A DNA stretch of 35,392 bases from positions 1 through 35,392 of the forward strand of contig CAYHAT010000002.1 in the NCBI GenBank assembly GCA_964354675.1, given 5' to 3'. The stretch is from an uncultured Actinomycetota bacterium (GTDB taxonomy: Bacteria > Actinomycetota > Geothermincolia > Geothermincolales > RBG-13-55-18). Shown here in pieces: positions 18,481 to 27,796 of this stretch. The notes beneath the pieces are model-generated. The model had not been told where the DNA came from and ran no database searches. It was given only the letters and a program-made list of their open reading frames with translations. The translations under genes were made by a program, and so were the position numbers. Numbering within the stretch: position 1 is the first letter of the stretch; every line of letters starts with the position of its first letter.

Positions 18481-18510
18481 AACTTATCGGTTTGCACAAC
18501 TGCCCGTCAA
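18481..18510 (-). promoter_or_regulatory. Candidate sigma-70-type promoter of hrcA-dnaJ
   Basis: On the minus strand: TTGACG (18510-18505), an 18-nt spacer, then TAAGTT (18486-18481). The -35 box overlaps the hemW stop codon, and CIRCE starts about 10 nt downstream of the -10 box. Confidence 0.45.
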
Positions 18511-19616
18511 GCTGACAGGAGTGCCGCTATCAATGAATTGGAGACGAGCATGCCCCGGGTCGTCAGGCTGACGCGTCCCAACCTTCTCGCCAGCAACCCT
18601 CGAAACTCCAGGTCATCGAGATGATCGCCTCCCGCATCCAGGATATTCTCCGGCACCCCCCGGGAAGTCCTCAATCCCAGCATGATCGCTTCCTCGCGCT
18701 CGTCCGCCGCATCGAGCAGCTCCCACCCGTCCACCGCCATCTGGCTTTTCCCGAGCATGTTCACGTAGCCGAGGATGGAATCTGTGTTGTAGAAACGGCA
18801 CCTTCCCAGCAGGGAATGGGCACCCGCACCCAACCCCAGGTATTCCTCCCGTTTCCAATATGCGAGGTTGTGCCGGCTATGATGCCCGGGGAGGCAGAAG
18901 TTCGATATCTCGTAGTGTTCGTAACCCTCTGTGCGCAGCTTCTCCACCGCCGCCATGTACTGGTCTGCAACCTCATCCTCGCAGGGGAGTGAAACCTCTC
19001 CCCTGCTGACAGCAAGTGACAACGGCGATCTGCCGGATAAGGTCAGGGCATAGATGCTCAAGTGTTGCGGGCCTGTTTCGAGTATCTCGTCCAGACATCT
19101 CTCCAGGGACGCCACGTCCATCCCGGGCAGGCCATACAAAAGATCAGCGGAAACGGAACGCACACCGCAACGCAGGGCATGCCTGACAGCCTCCCTGGCT
19201 GCGTCCCTATCGTGTGCCCTCCCCAACAGCCGGAGTGAGGGGTCGTGCAGCGATTGCACCCCTATGCTCATACGGTTCACGCCTCCCGCGCATGCGGCCG
19301 TAAAATCCTCGTAACTCCAGTTGGCAGGGTTTACTTCGACGGTCACCTCTGCGTCGCTATGCAGCACGAAACGCCCGGTCATCTTTCCCAGCAGTGCTGA
19401 GATCTCTGCGCCGCTCAGCGTGGACGGCGTGCCACCTCCCAGGTAGATGGAACTCAGGCGCCTCTTGTTTTCCTCCAACATGCAGGCCCACGCCTCCAGC
19501 TCTGCGTACAGTGCAAGCCTGTAAGCTGCCATATGACGCCGTGCGGCGACGCGCGAGTTGAAGTCGCAATAGGCGCAGCGTGACAGGCAGAAGGGCCAGT
19601 GCGCGTAGAGCCTCAC
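18507..19616 (-). CDS. hemW: Radical-SAM heme chaperone HemW (HemN-like, oxygen-independent coproporphyrinogen oxidase family)
   Basis: [17 protein letters not shown] (CxxxCxxC), IYLGGGTPS and a C-terminal HemN_C region. I trimmed the start to GTG 19616, which overlaps the lepA TGA (GTGA) and has a GGGAGGAG SD 8 nt upstream. The track's 49-aa extension lies inside lepA. Confidence 0.88.
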   Translation of the reverse strand: MRLYAHWPFCLSRCAYCDFNSRVAARRHMAAYRLALYAELEAWACMLEENKRRLSSIYLGGGTPSTLSGAEISALLGKMTGRFVLHSDAEVTVEVNPANWSYEDFTAACAGGVNRMSIGVQSLHDPSLRLLGRAHDRDAAREAVRHALRCGVRSVSADLLYGLPGMDVASLERCLDEILETGPQHLSIYALTLSGRSPLSLAVSRGEVSLPCEDEVADQYMAAVEKLRTEGYEHYEISNFCLPGHHSRHNLAYWKREEYLGLGAGAHSLLGRCRFYNTDSILGYVNMLGKSQMAVDGWELLDAADEREEAIMLGLRTSRGVPENILDAGGDHLDDLEFRGLLARRLGRVSLTTRGMLVSNSLIAALLSA

Positions 19617-21427
19617 TTCCCGGTCTCCTCCCTGGTCACCCTGAGGGCGGAGATGAACGCTTCCTGAGGTATCTCCACCTTTCCCACCATCTTCATCCGT
19701 TTCTTTCCCTCTTTCTGTTTCTGCAGCAGCTTCTTCTTCCGGGTCACGTCGCCGCCGTAGCACTTGGCCAGCACGTCCTTGCGTTTAGCCTTGATGGTCT
19801 CCCTGGCTACCACGCGTCCTCCGATAGCCGCCTGCACCGGCACGTCGAAGAGCTGGCGGGGTATGAGCTCGCGTAATCTCTGCGTTATACGCCTGCCGTA
19901 GTCGTAAGCGCGGCTCCTGTCCACGACGGAGGAGAATGCGTCTACGGGTTCGCCGTTGATCAGGATGTCCAGCTTTACCAGGTTGCCTGGCTGGAAGCCG
20001 GCGTGTTCGTAATCCAACGATGCGTAGCCCCGGCTGCGCGACTTCAGCTGGTCGTAGAAGTCAACCACGATCTCCGCCAGGGGCAGGCGGCAGCGTATCT
20101 CCACCCTGCGTCCCGACAGATAGACCATATCCTGGAATATCCCCCGTCTTTCCTTTACCAGTTCCAGCATGCCGCCCATGTAGTCGGGTGGCACCAGGAT
20201 GGTGGCCTGGACGTAGGGCTCACGTACCTCTGCTACCGTCCCCATGTCAGGCATGTCGGAGGGATTGCGGACGTAGCCCGTATCCCCTCCCCGCTCCTCG
20301 ATCTCGTAAACGACGTTGGGGGCGGTTATCACCAGGCTCAGCCCGTATTCCCTCTCCAGGCGCTCCTGCACGATCTCCATGTGCAGGAGCCCGAGGAAAC
20401 CGCACCGGAAACCGAATCCCAATGCCTTCGAGGTCTCCTTGGCGAAGGTGAGGGAGGCATCGTTGAGTTTTAACCTGTCCAGGGCGTCGTTGAGGTCCGT
20501 GAAGTCATCGGAATCAACCGGATAGATTCCCGCAAAAACCATGGGTTTCGGTTCCTGGTATCCGGGCAACGGTTCAGCGGCGGCATCCTCCTTGCTGGTC
20601 ACCGTATCCCCTACCTTGATCCTGGTGACTTCCTTGATGCCGGTGATGATATACCCGACCTCTCCCGCCTCCAGCCTGTCGCAGGAGATCATGTCCGGTG
20701 AGAAGTAGCCCACCTCGTCGATCTCTGCCGCGGTTCCCGTAGCCATGAAACGGGCTCTCATCCCTGTGGTAACCACGCCCTCGATGACCCGCACGAAGGC
20801 GACAACCCCACGGTATAGATCGTAGATCGAATCGAACACCAGGGCTCTCAGGGGCAGTCCGCTTTCGCCCTCCGGGGGTGGTACGCGCCTGATGACCTCC
20901 TGGAGCAGCCCCTCCACCCCTTCCCCGGTCTTCGCCGATACCGCCAATACTTCCGTAGGGTCGACGCCCAGCAGGTCTGATATCTCCATGGCGGTATCCT
21001 CGTAATCGGCGGAAGGCAGGTCGATCTTGTTGACCACGGGGATGACGGTCAAGCCCGCTTCCACGGCCATGTAAGCGTTTCCCACCGTCTGGGCCTCCAC
21101 GCCCTGCGAGGCGTCCACGAGCAGAACGGCGCCCTCGCAGGCCGCCAGGCTGCGGGAGACCTCGTATGAGAAATCGACGTGTCCAGGCGTATCGATGAGG
21201 TTGAGTCGGTATTCCTCCTCCCCGCCGGGCGAGTACTGCATGCGCACGGCCTGGGCCTTGATGGTGATCCCCCTCTCCCGCTCCAGTTCCATGCGGTCGA
21301 GGTACTGGTCGGCCATCTTCTGCCAGGGTACGCTATGCGTGATCTCGAGGAACCTGTCGGCCAGGGTGGACTTGCCGTGATCGATATGCGCTATTATGCA
21401 GAAGTTCCTTATATTGTTTCTCTCCAT
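19613..21427 (-). CDS. lepA: Translation elongation factor 4 (LepA)
   Basis: [38 protein letters not shown] and the LepA-specific C-terminal domain. Confidence 0.96.
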   Translation of the reverse strand: MERNNIRNFCIIAHIDHGKSTLADRFLEITHSVPWQKMADQYLDRMELERERGITIKAQAVRMQYSPGGEEEYRLNLIDTPGHVDFSYEVSRSLAACEGAVLLVDASQGVEAQTVGNAYMAVEAGLTVIPVVNKIDLPSADYEDTAMEISDLLGVDPTEVLAVSAKTGEGVEGLLQEVIRRVPPPEGESGLPLRALVFDSIYDLYRGVVAFVRVIEGVVTTGMRARFMATGTAAEIDEVGYFSPDMISCDRLEAGEVGYIITGIKEVTRIKVGDTVTSKEDAAAEPLPGYQEPKPMVFAGIYPVDSDDFTDLNDALDRLKLNDASLTFAKETSKALGFGFRCGFLGLLHMEIVQERLEREYGLSLVITAPNVVYEIEERGGDTGYVRNPSDMPDMGTVAEVREPYVQATILVPPDYMGGMLELVKERRGIFQDMVYLSGRRVEIRCRLPLAEIVVDFYDQLKSRSRGYASLDYEHAGFQPGNLVKLDILINGEPVDAFSSVVDRSRAYDYGRRITQRLRELIPRQLFDVPVQAAIGGRVVARETIKAKRKDVLAKCYGGDVTRKKKLLQKQKEGKKRMKMVGKVEIPQEAFISALRVTREETGK

Positions 21428-21469
21428 ACTTATACACCTCGGTCATTATCGCATATTATCGCTCAGGAC

Positions 21470-21498
21470 TTACCCTCGCCATTCCGATATGCTACAAT
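21470..21498 (+). promoter_or_regulatory. Candidate promoter of rpsT
   Basis: TTACCC, a 17-nt spacer, then TACAAT preceded by TGc (extended -10). It lies 33 nt upstream of the rpsT start. Confidence 0.5.
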
Positions 21499-21530
21499 TT
21501 GCCCTGTTTGAGGAAAGGAGGAGGAGGCAT

Positions 21531-21806
21531 TTGCCCAACATCAAGCAGCAGGAGAAGCGCATGCGTCAAGCGGAGAAAAGGCGTGTGCGCAACAAGTCGC
21601 GCAAGTCGGAGATAAAGACTTACGTCAAGCGTTTTGAGACCGCATTACAGCGCGGCGACCGCGAAGAAAGCGAGATCTACCTCGATAAGGCCATACAGGC
21701 GCTGGACAGGGCGGCAAGTGACGGTATCATCCACAAGAACAACGCCGCCAACCGCAAGTCCCGCCTGATGCACAAGTACAATCAGGCCCTCTTACCATCA
21801 CCATAG
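21531..21806 (+). CDS. rpsT: 30S ribosomal protein S20
   Basis: (M)PNIKQQEKRMRQAEKRRVRNKSRKSEIKTYVKRF...IHKNNAANRKSRL. TTG start at 21531 with an AGGAGGAGG SD. The track ORF's upstream 45 aa are a non-coding extension. Confidence 0.9.
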   Translation: MPNIKQQEKRMRQAEKRRVRNKSRKSEIKTYVKRFETALQRGDREESEIYLDKAIQALDRAASDGIIHKNNAANRKSRLMHKYNQALLPSP

Positions 21807-22009
21807 GGTCAGGCCTCAACGGGGTGACCGAGAATAGGTGAATTCGTAGGTTCAAGCCTTGGGGTCAGCCCTCCACATTCCACATGTATCTTTGAACGCT
21901 ATCGATTGAGCAGGTGCTTTTTTTGTTTATGTGGAATGTGGAGGGCTGACCCCCGGCTTGTCAAAAAGCCTAGCATATTATTCCCGGTCACCCCGTTGAG
22001 GCCTGACCC
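21806..22009. repeat. Outer perfect 25-bp inverted repeat (arms 21806-21830 and 21985-22009)
   Basis: gggtcaggcctcaacggggtgaccg and its exact reverse complement cggtcaccccgttgaggcctgaccc lie 154 nt apart. The left arm starts at the last base of the rpsT stop codon. Confidence 0.9.
21853..21960. repeat. Inner inverted repeat nested inside the outer one (perfect 25-bp core 21861-21885 and 21929-21953)
   Basis: ggggtcagccctccacattccacat and its exact reverse complement atgtggaatgtggagggctgacccc, with a 43-nt loop. The stem is extendable by caagcc/ggcttg across a bulge. The first 15 nt of the inner and outer arms are 13/15 identical. Confidence 0.9.
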
Positions 22010-22022
22010 CAAAGCGTTGCTT
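21996..22022 (+). repeat. Direct repeat copy 1 (TTGAGGCCTGACCCCAARGYGTTGCTT)
   Basis: ttgaggcctgaccccaaagcgttgctt. Its 5' half is part of the outer inverted repeat's right arm. Confidence 0.85.
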
Positions 22023-22074
22023 GAATTTTCAATAGCCTTGATATGCGTTTCTTCTGTGCTGGAAAGTTAAAGTT

Positions 22075-22101
22075 TTGAGGCCTGACCCCAAGGTGTTGCT
22101 T
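22075..22101 (+). repeat. Direct repeat copy 2 (25/27 identical to copy 1)
   Basis: ttgaggcctgaccccaaggtgttgctt. A further ccccaagg follows at 22103-22110, just before the pheT stop. Confidence 0.85.
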
Positions 22102-22114
22102 TTCCCCAAGGCAT

Positions 22115-24529
22115 TCAGCGCAGCCGGGCTCCCAGCCGCTCTGACAGGGACTTTATGATGTCCTCGCAGGCGCAATGCACCTCTTCGTCCCTGAGCGTGC
22201 GATCAAGGGCATAGAAGGACAGGCTGAAGGCCAGGCTCTTTTCCGCCTCCCCCAGCTGTTCCCCACGGTAGAGGTCGAAGAGACGGACCTCGCGCAGGAG
22301 TTCTCCCCCTGCTTCGCGTATGGCCATTTCCACCTGCAGGGAGTCCACGTCCTCTCCTACCACTACTGCCAGGTCCATCTGGATGGAAGGAAAACGCGGT
22401 ATCTCCTCGTAGGGGGCAAGCGTCCGGGCGGCGTTCGCCAAAGGCTCCATATCGAGTTCCAGCACTGCGGTGTTCTCCGGCAAGTCGGCCTCTGCAGCGA
22501 TGCGGGGATGGATCAGCCCAATATAACCAGCATCCAGCCCACCGATTTTAACTGTGCAGGACTGTGAGGGGTGCAGGAATGGCAGCCTCTCCCGCCGTAG
22601 AGACCAACCAGAGAAGTGCAGTGCTGATGCAAGCCCCTCCAGTATTCCCTTGGCCGTGAAGAAATCGCTTTCCTCCGCTTCCCGGTCCCATTGCTTCGGG
22701 AGCCACTTGCCGGCCAGCGCGCACCCCAGCCTCACCGGCTCCGCGGGCAGCTTTTCTCCTGCGCGGGGCAGGAAAACCCTTCCTATCTCAAACAGGTGTA
22801 CGTCCATCACTCGCCGGTTGAGGTTAAAACTGACCGCTTCCAAGAGGCCGGGAAGGAGGGACGGCCGCAATAGCGACGTCTCCTCGCTGATGGGGTTGCT
22901 GAGGGTGACCCGAGCGGCGGGCAGGCTTTCCCTCTCGGGGTCCAGGATATCCAGCCAGCGCGGGGATATAAAGGCCAGGGATATAGCCTCCCGCAATCCC
23001 ATTCCTACCATGATGCGGGCTATCTCGCGGCGCGCTCTCTGTTCGGACGTCAGTGAACCTATGTTGTGCGATGACTGCGGCAGCGTGGGGGGGATGCGGC
23101 CGTAACCGTAGAGGCGGGCCACCTCCTCCACCAGGTCGATCTCCCTCACCAGGTCGGGACGAAAGGTGGGCACCTGGACCGCTATGGTCGCGTCTTTTCC
23201 GTCTTCATCTGTCTCGAGCACCTCGAGTTCGATGGAACGCAGCAGTTCAGCGACCTTGTCGCTCTGCAAAGATATGCCGATGAGCCTGGCAGCACGATCC
23301 ACCCTGAGCTTCAAGTGCAAGGGTTCGATCACCCGGGCGCGCGCGTCTACGGCGCCAGGTCTCACCACGCCCCCCGCCAACTCGTGCATCAGAAAAGCCG
23401 CGCGGTCCGCGGCGTGGACGCATCCGCCGGGATCGACGCCCCTCTCGAAACGGTAGGATGCCTCGGAAGGTAGGTCCTGCACCCTGGCTGTACGCATGAT
23501 GTTGGCGGGGTCAAAATGAGCGGATTCCAGGAGCACCTTGGTGGTGCCATCGCCGACCTCGGTATGCTCGCCTCCCATCACCCCAGCCAGGGCGATAGGC
23601 CCCGATGGGTCGCATATGAGCAGGTCCTCGGGGGTGAGTGTCCTCTCGATCCCGTCCAGGGTGGTCATACTCTCTCCGGTGAGAGCTCTCCTTACCATGA
23701 TGTGCCCGTCCCTGACCAGGCTGTGATCGAAGGCGTGCAGGGGTTGACCGAGCTCCAGCATGACGTAGTTGGTAACGTCAACCACGTTGCTGATGGGGCG
23801 CACCCCCGCGGCCTGCAGCCTCCGTCGCATCCACCAGGGAGAGGTGTGTATGCTCAAACCGTCTATGACCCTCGCCGCATAGCGGGAGCAGAGGTCGCCA
23901 TCGATTATCTCCACGCGTACTTCTTCTTCAGCCCTTACTCCCTCTTCCCGCAATCCAAAACTCGGCCTCTTCAGTATCTGGCCGGTGAGGGCGGCTACTT
24001 CCCGCGCCACCCCCAGCATGCAGAGGCAGTCGGGACGATTGGGGGTGATCTCCAAGTCCAGTACGATGTCGCACATGCTCAACGCCTCATCCAGTCGCTC
24101 CCCCGCCAGCGCCCCTTCCTCCAGGAGCATGATCCCCGCCGCTTCCTCGGAGATGCCCAGCTCCTTCTCGGAGAGCAGCATGCCCCGTGAGGCGACCCCG
24201 CGGATAACAGCCTTGGAGATGACGGTGCCGTCCGGCAACCTGGTCCCCGGCAGGGCAACGGGCGACGCGATCCCCACACGAACGTTGGGGGCTCCGCACA
24301 CGATATCGGCGACCTCACCGCCCAGGTCCACCCGGCACACGGTGAGCCTATCCGCCTGGGGATGGGGATTCACTTCCAGTACCCGTCCCACGATGAAACC
24401 CTCGAACTCGCCCCCCAGTGATTCGATAGCATCAACCGCCGTCCCGGAATCGGTTAGCAGCTCAGCCAGTTCCTGGGGGCTCGTCACCAGATCGACGTAT
24501 TCCGCTAACCATTGCAATGAAACGCGCAT
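22115..24529 (-). CDS. pheT: Phenylalanyl-tRNA synthetase beta subunit
   Basis: 804 aa starting MRVSLQWLAEYVDL, with tRNA-binding, B3/4, B5 and FDX-ACB regions in the usual order. It lies directly downstream of pheS. Confidence 0.95.
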   Translation of the reverse strand: MRVSLQWLAEYVDLVTSPQELAELLTDSGTAVDAIESLGGEFEGFIVGRVLEVNPHPQADRLTVCRVDLGGEVADIVCGAPNVRVGIASPVALPGTRLPDGTVISKAVIRGVASRGMLLSEKELGISEEAAGIMLLEEGALAGERLDEALSMCDIVLDLEITPNRPDCLCMLGVAREVAALTGQILKRPSFGLREEGVRAEEEVRVEIIDGDLCSRYAARVIDGLSIHTSPWWMRRRLQAAGVRPISNVVDVTNYVMLELGQPLHAFDHSLVRDGHIMVRRALTGESMTTLDGIERTLTPEDLLICDPSGPIALAGVMGGEHTEVGDGTTKVLLESAHFDPANIMRTARVQDLPSEASYRFERGVDPGGCVHAADRAAFLMHELAGGVVRPGAVDARARVIEPLHLKLRVDRAARLIGISLQSDKVAELLRSIELEVLETDEDGKDATIAVQVPTFRPDLVREIDLVEEVARLYGYGRIPPTLPQSSHNIGSLTSEQRARREIARIMVGMGLREAISLAFISPRWLDILDPERESLPAARVTLSNPISEETSLLRPSLLPGLLEAVSFNLNRRVMDVHLFEIGRVFLPRAGEKLPAEPVRLGCALAGKWLPKQWDREAEESDFFTAKGILEGLASALHFSGWSLRRERLPFLHPSQSCTVKIGGLDAGYIGLIHPRIAAEADLPENTAVLELDMEPLANAARTLAPYEEIPRFPSIQMDLAVVVGEDVDSLQVEMAIREAGGELLREVRLFDLYRGEQLGEAEKSLAFSLSFYALDRTLRDEEVHCACEDIIKSLSERLGARLR

Positions 24530-24541
24530 GTCTATCGCTCC

Positions 24542-25612
24542 CTAATATTGCCTGAGCAGGCGCAGGTCGTTGTCGAAGAAGTACCTGATATCCGGCACCC
24601 CGTACCTGAGCAAGGCTATGCGCTCCACCCCCATACCGAAGGCGAAGCCGCTTATCTCTTCGGGATCGTATCCGACGTAACCGAAAACGTTGGGGTCGAC
24701 CATGCCCGCACCCAGTATCTCCAACCACCCCGTGCCCTTACAGACCCTGCAACCTTTTCCGTCGCATATGTTGCAGGATACGTCGACCTCAGCACTGGGC
24801 TCCGTGAAGGGGAAGAAATGGGGCCGGAACCTCACGCGTCTTTCGGCGCCGAACATCCGCTTGGCAAAGTGTTCCAGGGTCCCTTTAAGGTCTCCCAGGG
24901 AAATAGCCTCATCTACCGCCAGGCCCTCCACCTGGTGAAACATGGGAGAATGGGTAGCATCGGGAACATCGCGCCGGAACGCCTTTCCGGGTGCGATAAC
25001 ATATAAAGGTGGGGGCGTCGTTTCCATCACCCTTATCTGAACCGGGGAGGTATGGGTGCGCAGAAGTACGTCGCCTTGATCGTGGCCGGGGATACCTAAG
25101 TAGAAGGTGTCCGACGGCGACTTCGAAGGATGCCAATCCGGTGTGTTGAGCGCCTCGAAGTTGTAATAGTCGAGCTCGACCTCCGGGCCTTCCACGACCC
25201 GATAGCCCATGCCGATGAAGATATCCTCTATCTCCTCTATGATCCTCGAGAGCAGGTGCCGTGTCCCATGTGGTATAAGCCTCCCGGGCAGAAAGACATC
25301 GACCTGCTCCTTCGCAAGCGTCTTCTCCATCTCCCGCTGCCGCAGCGTGCGTCCTCTCTCCTCCAGGGAACTCTCCAGCCAGCCCTTCAGGTAGTTGCCC
25401 AGCCGTCCCACCCTCCGGCGTTCCTGCGGAGAAAGCTCCTTGATCCCCTGCAGCAGCGATGAGAGCTTGCTCTTGCGGCCCAGGAAAGTTACGCGTATAT
25501 CCTCCAGAGCTGCAGAGTCCCCTGCTTTATTCAGTGCGGCGCAGGCCTCATCATATATACCGCTCAACTCGGGGTCGGCAGCGATCTCGTCCAGGAGCTC
25601 ATCAACGGACAT
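24542..25612 (-). CDS. pheS: Phenylalanyl-tRNA synthetase alpha subunit
   Basis: Class II motifs: HPSKSPSDTFY, LLRTHTSPVQIR, FRRDVPDATHSPMFHQVEG and GFAFGMGVERIALLRYG. Confidence 0.95.
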   Translation of the reverse strand: MSVDELLDEIAADPELSGIYDEACAALNKAGDSAALEDIRVTFLGRKSKLSSLLQGIKELSPQERRRVGRLGNYLKGWLESSLEERGRTLRQREMEKTLAKEQVDVFLPGRLIPHGTRHLLSRIIEEIEDIFIGMGYRVVEGPEVELDYYNFEALNTPDWHPSKSPSDTFYLGIPGHDQGDVLLRTHTSPVQIRVMETTPPPLYVIAPGKAFRRDVPDATHSPMFHQVEGLAVDEAISLGDLKGTLEHFAKRMFGAERRVRFRPHFFPFTEPSAEVDVSCNICDGKGCRVCKGTGWLEILGAGMVDPNVFGYVGYDPEEISGFAFGMGVERIALLRYGVPDIRYFFDNDLRLLRQY

Positions 25613-26425
25613 CTAGTCATCTCCCCCCTCACTCACACCCGCACTTCGCCGCCTCTCGACCTCATATAGGAGGACCGCAGCCGCGGCGGAAACGTTCAGG
25701 GATTCAGCCTTACCCAGGATGGGTACATGCACCAGGCCGTCCGCCAAGGCTGCTTCTTCTGACGGTATGCCCCAGGCTTCATTGCCCATCACCAGCGCCA
25801 GCCTCTGCGGCCATTCCGCCTCCCACATGCCGGTCCCGGAATGTGCATCGGCCGCGAAAACCGCGAACCCGGCTTCCTTCAGGGCTCGAACCGTAGTCGA
25901 TATATCTTCCCCGACGGCCAAGGGTATGTGGAAGAGCGATCCGGCGGTGCTGCGTACCGTCTTAGGGTTGTAGAGGTCGGCGCTCTCCGCGCACACGATC
26001 ATTCCTCCCACGCCGGCGGCATCAGCAATCCTCACCATATTTCCCAGGTTGCCGGGGTCCCTCACCCGGTTTGCGACCAGGACGGTAGCGGGTCCTGTGC
26101 TCAGTATTTCATCCAACCCCAGGTGCACCAGGGGCGATACTGCGATCACCCCTTGCGGTGTGACTGTGGCTGCTAGACTTGCAATGACTTCGTCGCTGAC
26201 TGAGAAGCAGAGTACCGACCGCTCACGGATCACGTCCGCGTATGCTTCCATGGCCTCGATGCCTCTGTCGTTACATATGAGGCACTCCGGTATGTGCGTG
26301 GAGAGTAGAGCTTCCGCCACACATTGCACGCCTTCTACCAGGAATCTCCCTTCCCGGTAGCGGAAGTTCCTCTTACGCAAGCGGCGGTATCGCCTTATAC
26401 GTTCGTTCTTCGGGCTTTCGATCAC
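25613..26425 (-). CDS. TrmH/SpoU-family RNA 2'-O-methyltransferase
   Basis: An N-terminal substrate-binding domain plus SPOUT motifs (VRDPGNLGNMVRIADAAG, LVMGNEAWGI, IPILGKAESLNVSAAAAVLLYE). Its position between rplT and pheS matches the B. subtilis ysgA arrangement. Confidence 0.85.
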   Translation of the reverse strand: MIESPKNERIRRYRRLRKRNFRYREGRFLVEGVQCVAEALLSTHIPECLICNDRGIEAMEAYADVIRERSVLCFSVSDEVIASLAATVTPQGVIAVSPLVHLGLDEILSTGPATVLVANRVRDPGNLGNMVRIADAAGVGGMIVCAESADLYNPKTVRSTAGSLFHIPLAVGEDISTTVRALKEAGFAVFAADAHSGTGMWEAEWPQRLALVMGNEAWGIPSEEAALADGLVHVPILGKAESLNVSAAAAVLLYEVERRRSAGVSEGGDD

Positions 26426-26444
26426 GCCCGACAGGCGAACCCCA

Positions 26445-26831
26445 TCAGACCCTCGCCTCCTTTACCTCGGGCTCTTTCTCAAGGTGATCCTTCGCCTTTT
26501 GCACCAACTCCGAGAAGGAGGCGGGATCGGAAACGGCCATTTCGGCCAGCATCTTTCGGTTCACGTCCACTTCCGCCAGCTTAAGACCCTGGATAAACCT
26601 GCTGTAGGAAAGGCCGTTCTGCCTGGCGGCGGCGTTGATCCGCGCTATCCACAGACGCCTGAAGTCTCTCTTCTTGTTACGCCGGTCACGATACGCATAT
26701 TGCAGTGAGTGCATGACCTGTTCGTTGGCGCTGCGATAAGACCTGCTGCGGGCGCCGCGGTAGCCCTTGGCCATGCGCAAGACTTTCTTCTTTCTCTTTT
26801 TCCTTGCCACAGAGTGTCTCGTTCTGGACAT
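26445..26831 (-). CDS. rplT: 50S ribosomal protein L20
   Basis: [60 protein letters not shown]. Confidence 0.93.
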   Translation of the reverse strand: MSRTRHSVARKKRKKKVLRMAKGYRGARSRSYRSANEQVMHSLQYAYRDRRNKKRDFRRLWIARINAAARQNGLSYSRFIQGLKLAEVDVNRKMLAEMAVSDPASFSELVQKAKDHLEKEPEVKEARV

Positions 26832-26888
26832 TTTCTCTCAGTCCTTTCCTGCTATGTATGAGCTGCGATGATCAGCCGGTATCGCTTT

Positions 26889-27086
26889 CTATCCCAGCCG
26901 CAATAGCTTTTTCACGCTGGCGGTGTCTTGCTCGGACACCTCGGTCTTCAAGCGGTATCCGCGCTTGCGGCGCGAGCTCTTTTTCGTCAGCAGATGGCTT
27001 CCGTAGGCTTTTCTCCGCCGTATCTTACCTCCGCCGGATATCTCAAACCTCTTCGCCGCTCCCCGGTGTGTCTTCATCTTTGGCAT
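26889..27086 (-). CDS. rpmI: 50S ribosomal protein L35
   Basis: [36 protein letters not shown], with a GGAGGT SD 5 nt upstream. The start lies 44 nt inside the infC reading frame. Confidence 0.93.
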   Translation of the reverse strand: MPKMKTHRGAAKRFEISGGGKIRRRKAYGSHLLTKKSSRRKRGYRLKTEVSEQDTASVKKLLRLG

Positions 27087-27618
27087 GCTTACCTCCGTCT
27101 TTTTTCGCCGTCACCAACGGCGACATGATCATCTGCATATTCCGGCCATCTAGCTTTGGCTGCGATTCTACGGTCCCGAGCTCGATGAGTTCCTCGGACA
27201 ACTGTTCCAGGAGGTTCCTCCCCAACTCTGTATGGCTCATCTCCCTGCCCCGGAACATGATGGTCACTTTTACCTTGTAGCCGGAATTGAGGAACCTCTC
27301 TATATGCTTTTTCTTTGTCTCGTAGTCGTGCCTGTCGATCTTGGGGCGCAGCTTCATCTCTTTGTAGACGACGACGCTCTGTTTCTTGCGCGCCTCCTTC
27401 ATCTTCACCGTCTGCTCGTATCTATACTTCCCGTAGTCCATGATCTTGCAGACCGGGGGCTGGGCTTGAGGCGCCACTTCCACCAGGTCCAGGTCCAATT
27501 CCTCGGCCATCGCCAGGGCTTCCTCGATTGGCTTTATACCGATCTGGTTGCCGTCCGGGCCCACGAGACGCACCTCTTTAACCCTGATCCCCTCATTCAC
27601 GCGCGCGTTCTTGTCTAT
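27043..27618 (-). CDS. infC: Translation initiation factor IF-3, probable AUA start
   Basis: [20 protein letters not shown]...[15 protein letters not shown]...TIMFRGREM. The track starts at GTG 27600, which has no SD. In frame 18 nt upstream is ATA (27618-27616) with an AAGGAGGG SD at 7-nt spacing, and that start restores the usual I-x-x-N-x-x-(I/V)NE N-terminus. Confidence 0.88.
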   Translation of the reverse strand: MDKNARVNEGIRVKEVRLVGPDGNQIGIKPIEEALAMAEELDLDLVEVAPQAQPPVCKIMDYGKYRYEQTVKMKEARKKQSVVVYKEMKLRPKIDRHDYETKKKHIERFLNSGYKVKVTIMFRGREMSHTELGRNLLEQLSEELIELGTVESQPKLDGRNMQMIMSPLVTAKKDGGKHAKDEDTPGSGEEV

Positions 27619-27633
27619 CTGGCATCCCTCCTT

Positions 27634-27671
27634 GTTAAAAAGAAACGGATAGCGGTGTCCCCCCGCTATCC
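27634..27671 (-). terminator. Terminator-like attenuator hairpin in the infC leader
   Basis: On the minus strand: GGAUAGCGG-ggggaca-CCGCUAUCC followed by GUUUCUUUUUAAC. It sits immediately 5' of the infC SD, so transcripts must read through it to express infC-rpmI-rplT. Confidence 0.6.
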
Positions 27672-27767
27672 ACGGGCTCTTGCTCTCAAAGACCCTGTCA
27701 GCATCGTTACCGCAGGGTGAGAAGCGGAACCGCTTCTTCTTAGCTCATCATGTATTTTCAAGCATGA

Positions 27768-27796
27768 AGTATAGTGTATAGCCACGTTCCAGGCAA
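27768..27796 (-). promoter_or_regulatory. Candidate promoter of the infC operon
   Basis: On the minus strand: TTGCCT (27796-27791), a 17-nt spacer, then TATACT (27773-27768). It lies just downstream of the kinase stop codon and predicts a leader of about 140 nt. Confidence 0.45.

Noticed and set aside
21846-21866. tRNA T-arm-like string aggttcaagcct.
   Set aside because: Only 3 bp of flanking complementarity. There is no acceptor, D or anticodon arm, and the string is part of the repeat element.
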